Positions 6,810-13,250 of a stretch of DNA of 13,250 nt are shown piece by piece. Position 1 is the first letter of the stretch; each line of letters begins with the position of its first letter. The DNA comes from Blastocatellia bacterium (GTDB lineage Bacteria; Acidobacteriota; Blastocatellia; Pyrinomonadales; Pyrinomonadaceae): positions 1 through 13,250 of the forward strand of contig JAXDFO010000022.1 of assembly GCA_034665545.1 (NCBI GenBank), written 5' to 3'. The notes below the pieces were generated by a model. The model did not search any database. It was not told the origin of the DNA and saw only the letters and a list, made by a program, of their open reading frames with translations. The position numbers and the translations under genes are program-made.

Positions 6810-7018
6810 AGTGTATGTATTGTCAGGGCAACATGGAGCGTGGCGTAGCGCCTTTTCACATTGATAGAAAAGGTTATCATCTGCAATTGGATAAAATTCC
6901 GGCTTGGGTTTGCAGCCAATGTGGAGAGGTCTATTTTGGAGAAGAAGAGGTTGATTCAATCCAAGCAGTAATTCGGGCAGTGGACGAGCAGCTTGAAAAG
7001 TTGGCGGTCCCTGTATAG
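6806..7018 (+). CDS. YgiT-type zinc-finger protein (MqsA N-terminal-domain-like), the putative antitoxin or partner of the DUF4258 protein.
   Basis: The start is MKCMYCQGNMERG..., followed by WVCSQCGEVYF. That gives two CxxC pairs in a ~70-aa protein beginning MKC, typical of this family. A GAGGG Shine-Dalgarno site lies 8 nt upstream of the GTG. There is a 4-nt GTGA overlap with the upstream stop, indicating translational coupling. Confidence 0.65.
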   Translation: MKCMYCQGNMERGVAPFHIDRKGYHLQLDKIPAWVCSQCGEVYFGEEEVDSIQAVIRAVDEQLEKLAVPV

Positions 7019-7101
7019 AGGAAGTTGAAAATTTTGCCGCACGAAGCATAACAACTCGTTCAACCCGACACCCTCAACATCTTCGAGCAGGCAAATCATG
7101 T

Positions 7102-8553
7102 TCATCCTGCTGCGGTGGGGTTGAGGTCTTGGGGGCATTCATCTAGGGAGGCGGCGTGTTCACGTCGCAGTTGGCGGTGGATTATCAGGGTGGGGAGGAG
7201 GAGCATGGCGAAGTAGTTGAGGATGTATGCCTGCTTGAAGAAGGTCAGCGAGAATAGCTCTGTGCAGGAGATGAGGAGGACGAGACGGCGTAGCCAGTGC
7301 CTCTCTTCGAGGAGGAGCGAGAGCGGGAGTATCATTCCTAAATACCAGGCGTTGAATTTTGAACTCGCCACGCAAATGAGGACGAACATGATGAGCGCGG
7401 ATGTTTCCAGGAGAAGCTTCGTCGTACACTTCTTCCTCAACATGCTCCATATTTGAACGATGAAAAAGATGATGAGGCCGAGACGCAGGGCCGTCTTGAT
7501 AGCAGTGTCTATCAACTTGTGAAACGGGGCGAGGGGCGGGACGAGCCGCGCTATGTTTTCATAGATGTGAATGAGGAATGAATGGAGCGAGTTGTCAATC
7601 AAGGTCGCGTTGTCCTGTATGTCTGTCAGGCGAAACTGCCGCCACTCGTGTATGTAAGGAAGGCTCGACAGGACCAGTAATGCCGCGCCGAGCAGGCAGC
7701 CCTTCAACGCCGTCTTCCATCCATAATTTTTCCAGACATAGATGAAGGCTGGCAGCAGCAGCAGCGCGGGGCCGTACTTGAGCAGCGTCGCCGCGACCAG
7801 CACCGGGATAATCCACACGCCCGTCCCTATAATCGCCAGGTACATGCCGAGGGCCACCATGCAGCCTGCGAGAATATCATTGTGGCCGTTGGCGATGTGA
7901 TGCATCAGTATGAGCGGGTTCCACAGAAACAGGTAGAGCGTCAAGAGCGGCCTCGGTTGGCCCAGTCTCTTCGCCCCCGCGTAGACCAGCCAGCCCGTCA
8001 ACGCGTAGGCCACGACGTTGACCGCCTTGAAGAGCAGGAGGGTCAGCCACCAGTGGCCGTTTCCGATGAGCGCGAAGACGCGGCAGAGCAGGCTGAAGAG
8101 AAAGCCGTAAGGGTTCGGATTGTAAATCCAGTGGTCCCAGAGCATGGGGTCTTGCTGCCAGCCCGGAATATCTCCGACGCGATAGATGTAAGGGTTCTGT
8201 CCGTAGTGGACCTGCTGCCATCCCCTGTTGACGTAGCCGAAAACGTCCGTCGAGTGAAAGGGAAAGATGAAGAAGGCTATCAGAGCGAAGACGCACGCGA
8301 AGATGATGACCGTCCGCAAAGCCTCTTCATCCTTCGCGCCCTTGATTGCCCTGTAGCCTTTCCAGAACAAGTACAGCAGCGAGAGCGTGAAGAACCAGGC
8401 GAACAACTCTTTCGCCGTGCGCCCGCGCGATAGTGGACCTTTAATGTAGAAAAGGAGCGTGAGCAGGTAGACGCAGGCCGTGAGCAACCCCGTCTTCAAA
8501 AGCTTCGCAGAGGTTTCGCTTCCTGACAGAGAACTTTGAAGCTGCGCGAGCAT
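7102..8553 (-). CDS. Polytopic integral membrane protein, 483 aa with ~11-13 predicted TM segments, possibly a GT-C-fold glycosyl/mannosyltransferase (DUF2029 / GT87-like).
   Basis: A long ORF of repeated hydrophobic stretches rich in Trp/Tyr/Phe/Leu, with periplasmic-loop-like segments (NPYIYRVGDIPGWQQDPMLWDHWIYNPNPYG). GC is ~50%, lower than the flanks. Its ATG lies 3 nt after the stop of the upstream ABC1-kinase gene on the same strand. The GT-C call is weak pattern recognition. Confidence 0.5.
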   Translation of the reverse strand: MLAQLQSSLSGSETSAKLLKTGLLTACVYLLTLLFYIKGPLSRGRTAKELFAWFFTLSLLYLFWKGYRAIKGAKDEEALRTVIIFACVFALIAFFIFPFHSTDVFGYVNRGWQQVHYGQNPYIYRVGDIPGWQQDPMLWDHWIYNPNPYGFLFSLLCRVFALIGNGHWWLTLLLFKAVNVVAYALTGWLVYAGAKRLGQPRPLLTLYLFLWNPLILMHHIANGHNDILAGCMVALGMYLAIIGTGVWIIPVLVAATLLKYGPALLLLPAFIYVWKNYGWKTALKGCLLGAALLVLSSLPYIHEWRQFRLTDIQDNATLIDNSLHSFLIHIYENIARLVPPLAPFHKLIDTAIKTALRLGLIIFFIVQIWSMLRKKCTTKLLLETSALIMFVLICVASSKFNAWYLGMILPLSLLLEERHWLRRLVLLISCTELFSLTFFKQAYILNYFAMLLLPTLIIHRQLRREHAASLDECPQDLNPTAAG

Positions 8554-8556
8554 TCT

Positions 8557-10341
8557 TCACTTGTCCAGATAAGCCTTCGCCGCCATCTTGGCGAGCTTCC
8601 ACATCTTGGACCACTCGATGCGCCCCGCGCCCTGGTCGCGGCCAGTCAGTTTATCAAGGATGAGCTTGCGGAAATGTTTGCCCTCGCGCCTCAGCATAAA
8701 CTCTTTGGCGTAAGGCTTGGCCGTATCGAAGAAGCTGAACTCCGGGTCCGTCACGATGCCTATGCCTTCGAGCGTCATCAGCGCGCGCATGATGTAAGTG
8801 AAGTTGGCGGGCAAGCGAAAGGGATACTCGTACATCACTTCGGCCAGGTCGTAGGTCAACTCTTTAAAATTGACCTCGCCCAGCTTGAGATTGAGATAAT
8901 GCTGGAAGAGTCCCTCGACCACCGGGCGCACGGATTCCGGGTCCACTCCGGGCTTGAGGAAGTTGAGATTAATCAAGTCCTGGGCCAACCCGTGAACGTC
9001 GCGCGAGACGACGTGGAAGAAGGCGTCAATCATCTGCGCTTGCAGGCGAGGCGTTATCTTGCCCGTCATCCCGAAATCGAAGAACGCAAGATGGCCCGTG
9101 TCCATCACCAGTAGATTGCCGGGATGCGGGTCCGCGTGAAAGAAGCCGTCTTCCAAAAGCTGTTTCAGATAGGTCTTAATCAAGAGGCGATTGACCTTCA
9201 CGGGAGAGATGCGGCGCGCGCGCAAAGCTTCCAGGTCAACGACCTTCGTGCCGCGTATAAAATCCATCGTGAGGATGTGTCGCGTCGAATGGGACCAGTA
9301 AATTTTGGGAACGCGAATGACGCGCCAACTCTTAAAGCTCTCGCGGAAGCGGTCGGCGTTGTGCCCCTCCTGCTCATAGTCCATCTCTTCCGCAACGGTC
9401 TCGGAGAATTCGCGCAGCATCCCTTCCCAATCCGCGTTCTCATTCGCCTGCGGGAAAAAGCGATTGACCGCCCCGACCAATTTATGCAGCACGGCGATGT
9501 CAAAGCCGATAATCTTGCGCAGGTTCGGTCGCTGGACCTTGATTGCGACCTCCGCGCCCGTGTGCAGCCGCGCGCGATAGACCTGACCGAGCGAGGCCGC
9601 CGCAATCGGCTCTGCATCAATCTCCGCGTAAGCCTCTTGCAGCGTGCGCCCCAACTCGCTCTCTATGCGCGCGTAAGCTTCGGCGGTCGGGAACGGCGGA
9701 ACCTGGTCTTGCAGCAACGACAGTTCCTTCACATAAGCGAGCGGGAGCAGGTCGCCGCGCGTGCCGAGCGACTGACCTATCTTGATGAAAGTTGGCCCAA
9801 GCGCGAGCAGGCTCTCCTTCAACCAGACGGCCTGTTTCTCAAGTCGCGTCTCTTTATTGGCAGTGCCCTCCGCGCCGCGAAAGACGAAGAAGCGCAGCGC
9901 GCGAACGAACTTATCAAACGCGCGCCGGTCCAGGTCTCGACTCCACTCCTGAAAGGCCGCGATGCGTCCACGCCCGCGCGCCTCTTCACCGAGGCGTGCA
10001 GAGATGCGACGGTTGAAGCCCGAGCGAATGTCGAAGCTATCCAGAAACAGGTAGAGCGAGAGCGTGCCCAGCACGCGCGCTATCTGCGCCGCACGCAGCC
10101 AACCTCGCAGCCCGCGCGCACTGATGCTCTCATCCTCCGGCACGCCCGCGCTCTCTTGAACGCCCCGCGACTGCGCATCAACATTCAACGCATCAAGCCG
10201 CCCCGCCACTAAATCACGCGCAGAAGAGTCTTCGACACGACTTCTCTCATCAACGCTCACAGAGACATGTGTATCCTCGCGCTGACCGTCCCGGTCGCGC
10301 AAAACAATCGCCTCTTCCTGTTCCGTCGTTGCTTCCATCAC
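8557..10341 (-). CDS. ABC1/UbiB (AarF/ADCK) atypical protein kinase family protein with a ~150-aa acidic low-complexity N-terminal extension.
   Basis: Hallmark motifs are present: LGPTFIKIGQ, AAASLGQVYRARL, AIKVQRPN, HADPHPGNLL and FDFGMTG. The start is GTG 10341 or the adjacent ATG 10338, with no Shine-Dalgarno site. An AT-rich tttataataattgc lies directly upstream, so the transcript is possibly leaderless. Confidence 0.85.
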   Translation of the reverse strand: MMEATTEQEEAIVLRDRDGQREDTHVSVSVDERSRVEDSSARDLVAGRLDALNVDAQSRGVQESAGVPEDESISARGLRGWLRAAQIARVLGTLSLYLFLDSFDIRSGFNRRISARLGEEARGRGRIAAFQEWSRDLDRRAFDKFVRALRFFVFRGAEGTANKETRLEKQAVWLKESLLALGPTFIKIGQSLGTRGDLLPLAYVKELSLLQDQVPPFPTAEAYARIESELGRTLQEAYAEIDAEPIAAASLGQVYRARLHTGAEVAIKVQRPNLRKIIGFDIAVLHKLVGAVNRFFPQANENADWEGMLREFSETVAEEMDYEQEGHNADRFRESFKSWRVIRVPKIYWSHSTRHILTMDFIRGTKVVDLEALRARRISPVKVNRLLIKTYLKQLLEDGFFHADPHPGNLLVMDTGHLAFFDFGMTGKITPRLQAQMIDAFFHVVSRDVHGLAQDLINLNFLKPGVDPESVRPVVEGLFQHYLNLKLGEVNFKELTYDLAEVMYEYPFRLPANFTYIMRALMTLEGIGIVTDPEFSFFDTAKPYAKEFMLRREGKHFRKLILDKLTGRDQGAGRIEWSKMWKLAKMAAKAYLDK

Positions 10342-10389
10342 GCAATTATTATAAAGAAAACTTGTCGCAATCCTGTCCCGAAAAACAGT

Positions 10390-11346
10390 CTAGACTATCG
10401 TGAGCGCGTGGCGCACGCCGCCTCGCTCGAAGTACTCTGTAGCATGTTGCCGGTCACGCTCAATCTGTTTTTTCAATTCGTCAACGGAGGCGAATTTTCG
10501 CTCCTCACGCAGGCGATGCAGAAAGCGCACGCGCACCACGTCGCCATATAAATCCCCGGACCAATTAATTACGAATGTTTCGACGGAAGGTTCCACCGTG
10601 TCCGTCTCAAAGGTCGGGCGTAATCCGACGTTGGTCACGCTGCGCATCCAGACGCCTTCGATAAGAGTGGCTGTGACGTAGACGCCATGACTGGGTATGA
10701 CGCGATTTTGCGGGCGCAGGTTGGCCGTCGGAAAGCCTAGCGTGCGCCCCCTCTCCTGCCCGCGCACGACGCGCCCCTCGACTCCATACGGCCTGCCCAG
10801 CATGCGCCGCGCGAGATTAACGCGCCCCTCCGAGAGCAACGCGCGAATCCTGCTCGAACTGATGCGCTGCCCCCGAAGCCGTACCTCCGGCACTTCATCA
10901 GCATGAAAGCCCAGTCGCTCGCTGACCGCTCGCAACAGGTCTATGTTGCCCTCGCGGTTGTAGCCGAAGGCGAAGCCGCGCCCCAGGTAAACCTCCCGCG
11001 CATGAAGACGCTCGCGCACAACATCGCGCAGGAAATCCTCCGCGCGTATCTGCGCAAACTCCCGGTTAAATTGGACCACGATAGTTTGCTCGATGCCCAT
11101 CACGCCGAAGGCTTCGATTTTCTGGTCGAAAGTTTGCAGTAAGGGAGGCGCGCTCAAAGGATGCAGGATGGCGCGCGGATGCGGGTCGAAGGTCACGACC
11201 GTCGGCACGGAACCTGCGGCGCGCGCACGCTCGACCACCGTTCGCATGATTAACTGGTGGCCCAGGTGTAGCCCGTCGAAGACGCCGAGCGTCAAGACCG
11301 TGGGCCGCGCAATCTCCGCGTTATCTGTCCCGTGAAAAAGTCTCAT
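10390..11346 (-). CDS. ribF: Bifunctional riboflavin kinase / FMN adenylyltransferase.
   Basis: The N-terminal FAD synthetase part is present (TLGVFDGLHLGHQ..., TFDPHPR). The C-terminal riboflavin kinase part is present (YGVEGRVVRGQERGRTLGFPTANL...HGVYVTA...TFVINWSGDLYGDVVRVRFLHRLREERKF). Length is 318 aa. Confidence 0.9.
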   Translation of the reverse strand: MRLFHGTDNAEIARPTVLTLGVFDGLHLGHQLIMRTVVERARAAGSVPTVVTFDPHPRAILHPLSAPPLLQTFDQKIEAFGVMGIEQTIVVQFNREFAQIRAEDFLRDVVRERLHAREVYLGRGFAFGYNREGNIDLLRAVSERLGFHADEVPEVRLRGQRISSSRIRALLSEGRVNLARRMLGRPYGVEGRVVRGQERGRTLGFPTANLRPQNRVIPSHGVYVTATLIEGVWMRSVTNVGLRPTFETDTVEPSVETFVINWSGDLYGDVVRVRFLHRLREERKFASVDELKKQIERDRQHATEYFERGGVRHALTIV

Positions 11347-11425
11347 AAGAAAAGCAAGCGTGAATCAGGAAGGATGAAAGATGAGAGACGAGCTATTCGA
11401 GTTGAGTTATCATTCTTTCATCCTT
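11347..11425 (-). terminator. Stem-loop (12-bp stem 11370-11381 / 11414-11425, 32-nt loop) followed on the minus strand by a U-rich tract (gcuugcuuuucuu) ending at the ribF start codon. It is a candidate terminator of the MBL-hydrolase gene and/or an attenuator for ribF.
   Basis: aggatgaaaga and tctttcatcct are exact reverse complements. The minus-strand sequence downstream of the hairpin is T-rich right up to ATG 11346. No Shine-Dalgarno site for ribF is evident. Confidence 0.35.
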
Positions 11426-11439
11426 ACAGCCTTCCGACT

Positions 11440-12204
11440 TCATCCTTGCACTTCGAGCCCGTCGTAAGCGAATTCGACGCCGGGGGGCAGCGCGGCGGAG
11501 TCGCGCGCATGAAGAATGTCGTGCGCGATGTGCGTCAGGTACGCGCGGCGCGGCTTGAGTTCGTTGATGTATTCGAGCGCGCGTGCGACCCAGAGGTGCG
11601 TCGGGTGCTCTTTAAAGCGCAGGCAATCCAGGACCAGCACATCGAGACCGCGCAGGTTGTCCAGAGTCTCCTGCGGAATCAGGTTGAGGTCCGTGGCGTA
11701 AGCGAAATCGTTAAAGCGGTAGGCGATGACGGGCAGCCGCCCATGTATCACTTCGAGCGGCGTGATGCGCAAATCATGGCCCATGCAAAACTGCGCGCCG
11801 GGGACGACCGTGTGGGCCAAGACCTGCGGCAGCCCGCCGCCGAAGTGCGAAGGCTCGAAGACGTATTGGAAGATGCGGCGGATGTCTTTCCAGGCGCGTT
11901 CGTTGGCGTAGACGCCGAGCGCGCCGTAGCGAAAGTTGAGCGGGCGAATATCGTCTAGGCCGAAGATGTGGTCCGCGTGGCAGTGCGTGATGAGAACGGC
12001 GTCGAGCCGCTTGAGCTTGTGCCGCAGGGCTTGCTGTCGAAAGTCGGAAGAGGTGTCAACCAGCACGGTGCGCCCGTCGTGCTCTATGAGAATCGAAACT
12101 CGCAGCCGCTTGTCGCGCGGGTCATCCGAAGTACACGTCCCGCACTCGCAGCCGATGGACGGCACGCCCGTTGAAGTCCCCGTGCCGAGAAAGGTCAGCT
12201 TCAT
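11440..12204 (-). CDS. MBL-fold metallo-hydrolase (PhnP / beta-lactamase superfamily-like).
   Basis: HCHADH metal-binding motif with downstream His/Asp residues. The N-terminus MKLTFLGTGTSTGVPSIGCECGTC is typical of the PhnP-like subgroup. Length is 254 aa. Confidence 0.8.
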   Translation of the reverse strand: MKLTFLGTGTSTGVPSIGCECGTCTSDDPRDKRLRVSILIEHDGRTVLVDTSSDFRQQALRHKLKRLDAVLITHCHADHIFGLDDIRPLNFRYGALGVYANERAWKDIRRIFQYVFEPSHFGGGLPQVLAHTVVPGAQFCMGHDLRITPLEVIHGRLPVIAYRFNDFAYATDLNLIPQETLDNLRGLDVLVLDCLRFKEHPTHLWVARALEYINELKPRRAYLTHIAHDILHARDSAALPPGVEFAYDGLEVQG

Positions 12205-12218
12205 AAAAAGCCGGAACA

Positions 12219-12298
12219 GTTTCGAGTTTCGCGTTTCGAGTTTAAGGTTATAAAGCAGTCGCCTTTAACTTTAAACTTTAAATCTGAAACTTGAAACC
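12219..12298. repeat. Inverted array of tandem heptamers between the DUF1844 stop and the MBL-hydrolase start: (GTTTCGA GTTTCGC GTTTCGA GTTTAAG) - 14-bp spacer - (CTTTAAC TTTAAAC TTTAAAT CTGAAAC TTGAAAC).
   Basis: The left arm is 12219-12249 and the right arm is 12264-12298. The reverse complement of the right arm, ggtttcaagtttcagatttaaagtttaaagttaaa, closely resembles the left arm gtttcgagtttcgcgtttcgagtttaaggtt. T3 and A3 tracts recur with a strict 7-bp period. This is an AT-rich island in a GC-rich genome. Confidence 0.55.
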
Positions 12299-12303
12299 GT
12301 TCT

Positions 12304-12981
12304 TCATTTTCCTCCGATGATGTCGCGGCCAGAGAAGCCGCGCGGGCCGGATGCGCGCGATTGGGTCGTGCTCGTCAGCGAGACGTATTGCATGCGCAGG
12401 TCCGCGAGGATGCCTTCTAGAATCTGTTGCTCCTGCGGGGCCAGGTTGCCGCGCGTCTTCTGGTGGAGCATGCCGAGCACGTCTATCCAGTGCTTGCCGA
12501 GCGGCAGGTCAACGCCGCGTTGGCCCGTCGCCGGATGCTCCATCATGCCGAGCGCGGCGGCGGCGTTGGAGGCGATGGACATGAGAAAGTTGATAAAGCT
12601 CGCCGGGTCATCCGCGCCTGGCACATCCTCTATCTCTTGCTCATCACTCTCCGCCTCAAAGTTCTGCGGCTGTCGCGCGCTAGAAGAGGCGGCAGCAGAA
12701 CTCGCCTGCGCGGCTTGCGCGTCGCTCTCGACGGCTGGCGCGGATTGTGAAGCAGTGGTAGCAGCCGTGGCGTTCGCGTTCGCGTCAGTGCTCGTAGTTG
12801 CGGCGGCGGGCTGCTGATGCGCTCCGGCATCCGTCTGCGTGGTTGGGGCGTTGGCGACGGTATCGCTCGTCGCGGTCTGTGGCTCTTCGCGCCCTTCGAC
12901 TTCGCGGGGCGTTCCGTCCGGGTTGAAGAGACGACGGTCTCTCACTTTGAAAACTGGTTTTTCTTCGCTCATCTCATCCAT
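12304..12981 (-). CDS. DUF1844 domain protein with a long Thr/Ala/Gln/Ser-rich low-complexity linker. The likely start is ATG 12979-12981 (MDEMSEEKPVFKVRDRRLF). The ORF-track start at 13086 adds an Arg-rich, probably non-coding, 35 aa.
   Basis: The C-terminal block FINFLMSIASNAAAALGMMEHPATGQRGVDLPLGKHWIDVLGMLHQKTRGNLAPQEQQILEGILADLRMQYV matches the DUF1844 pattern. Neither candidate start has a Shine-Dalgarno site. Confidence 0.6.
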   Translation of the reverse strand: MDEMSEEKPVFKVRDRRLFNPDGTPREVEGREEPQTATSDTVANAPTTQTDAGAHQQPAAATTSTDANANATAATTASQSAPAVESDAQAAQASSAAASSSARQPQNFEAESDEQEIEDVPGADDPASFINFLMSIASNAAAALGMMEHPATGQRGVDLPLGKHWIDVLGMLHQKTRGNLAPQEQQILEGILADLRMQYVSLTSTTQSRASGPRGFSGRDIIGGK

Positions 12982-13118
12982 GTGGCGGACGCGGCGACAG
13001 CGGCGGCGGTGAAACCTGCGCGGCGAGGCAGCCTGGTCCGCATTCCTTTTGATAAGTTTCTCTTGATGAAAGAATGGTAACATCACGTGGCGCGCGCCCG
13101 CAAGAAAGCAGGTCTCAA

Positions 13119-13250
13119 CTTTAAGGTTTCAAGTTTAAGATTTAAGGTCGAAAGCTCAAGTCTAAAACACGGCTTGGAAGATGCCGCTCCAGGCTTTAGA
13201 CTCTTGACAGGAAATCTAAACCTGAAACTCGAAACTTGAAATCCGAGACA
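13119..13250. repeat. Second inverted heptamer array of the same kind, upstream of the DUF1844 gene. The left arm is CTTTAAG GTTTCAA GTTTAAG ATTTAAG GTCGAAA GCTCAAG TCTAAAA. After a ~40-bp spacer the right arm is GAAATCT AAACCTG AAACTCG AAACTTG AAATCCG, which runs to the window edge.
   Basis: The reverse complement of the right arm is ggatttcaagtttcgagtttcaggtttagatttcc, matching the left-arm heptamers (RGTTTMA type). A TTGACA lies in the spacer at 13204-13209. The array is truncated by the window end. Confidence 0.5.

Noticed and set aside
8536-10212. Two plus-strand ORFs of 192 aa and 362 aa opposite the ABC1-kinase gene.
   Set aside because: They are antisense shadow ORFs in a ~60% GC region with Arg/His/Gln-rich nonsense-like composition. 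The minus-strand ABC1 motifs are unambiguous.
11347-11439. An FMN riboswitch upstream of ribF.
   Set aside because: The element is under 100 nt, whereas FMN aptamers are ~140 nt with conserved junction sequences. I cannot find the conserved FMN-element motifs, and ribF is not a usual riboswitch target.
11332-12253. Plus-strand ORFs (208 aa and others) overlapping the MBL-hydrolase gene.
   Set aside because: They are antisense to a confidently identified HCHADH metallo-hydrolase and have no start signals. Their composition is typical of a high-GC reverse frame.
12317-12817. A 166-aa plus-strand ORF and several nested ORFs opposite the DUF1844 gene.
   Set aside because: They are Cys/Ala/Arg-rich translations of the complementary strand of a low-complexity linker. 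They are not credible coding sequence.
12219-13250. A possible CRISPR array suggested by short direct repeats.
   Set aside because: The repeat units are only 7 bp and are contiguous with no spacers, which is not CRISPR architecture (repeats >=23 bp with unique spacers). No cas genes are present.

Overview
This is a high-GC (~60-65%) bacterial chromosomal segment carrying 11 supportable protein-coding genes and no rRNA, tRNA or CRISPR array. There is a lower-GC (~45-52%) insert at about 6.34-8.55 kb. Left to right the genes are:
- the 3' part of an M14-type peptidase-like gene that enters the window already open at base 1;
- a hypothetical gene for a protein with a single N-terminal transmembrane helix;
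- a 730-aa flotillin-like SPFH/band-7 protein whose N-terminal beta-strand module is repeated 3-4 times;
- a perfect 20-bp-stem bidirectional terminator;
- a NuiA-like nuclease-inhibitor family gene on the minus strand;
- a 120-aa hypothetical gene with a promoter, Shine-Dalgarno site and ATG start;
- a ~500-bp repeat-dense non-coding region;
- a DUF4258 toxin-like gene overlapping a YgiT/MqsA-type zinc-finger antitoxin-like gene by 4 nt (GTGA);
- a 483-aa polytopic membrane protein, possibly a GT-C-like glycosyltransferase;
- a minus-strand housekeeping run of ribF, an ABC1/UbiB-family kinase, an MBL-fold hydrolase and a DUF1844 protein.

The most unusual signals are non-coding. Three intergenic sites are built as inverted arrays of tandem heptamers: CACAGRG/CTCTGTG at 5509-5600, and GTTTCNA-type T3/A3-phased heptamers on both sides of the DUF1844 gene. 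A fourth site has six copies of CAAGCCTT plus a perfect 20-bp inverted repeat lying between two divergent promoters. I could run no database searches, so all family assignments rest on motifs I recognise by eye.
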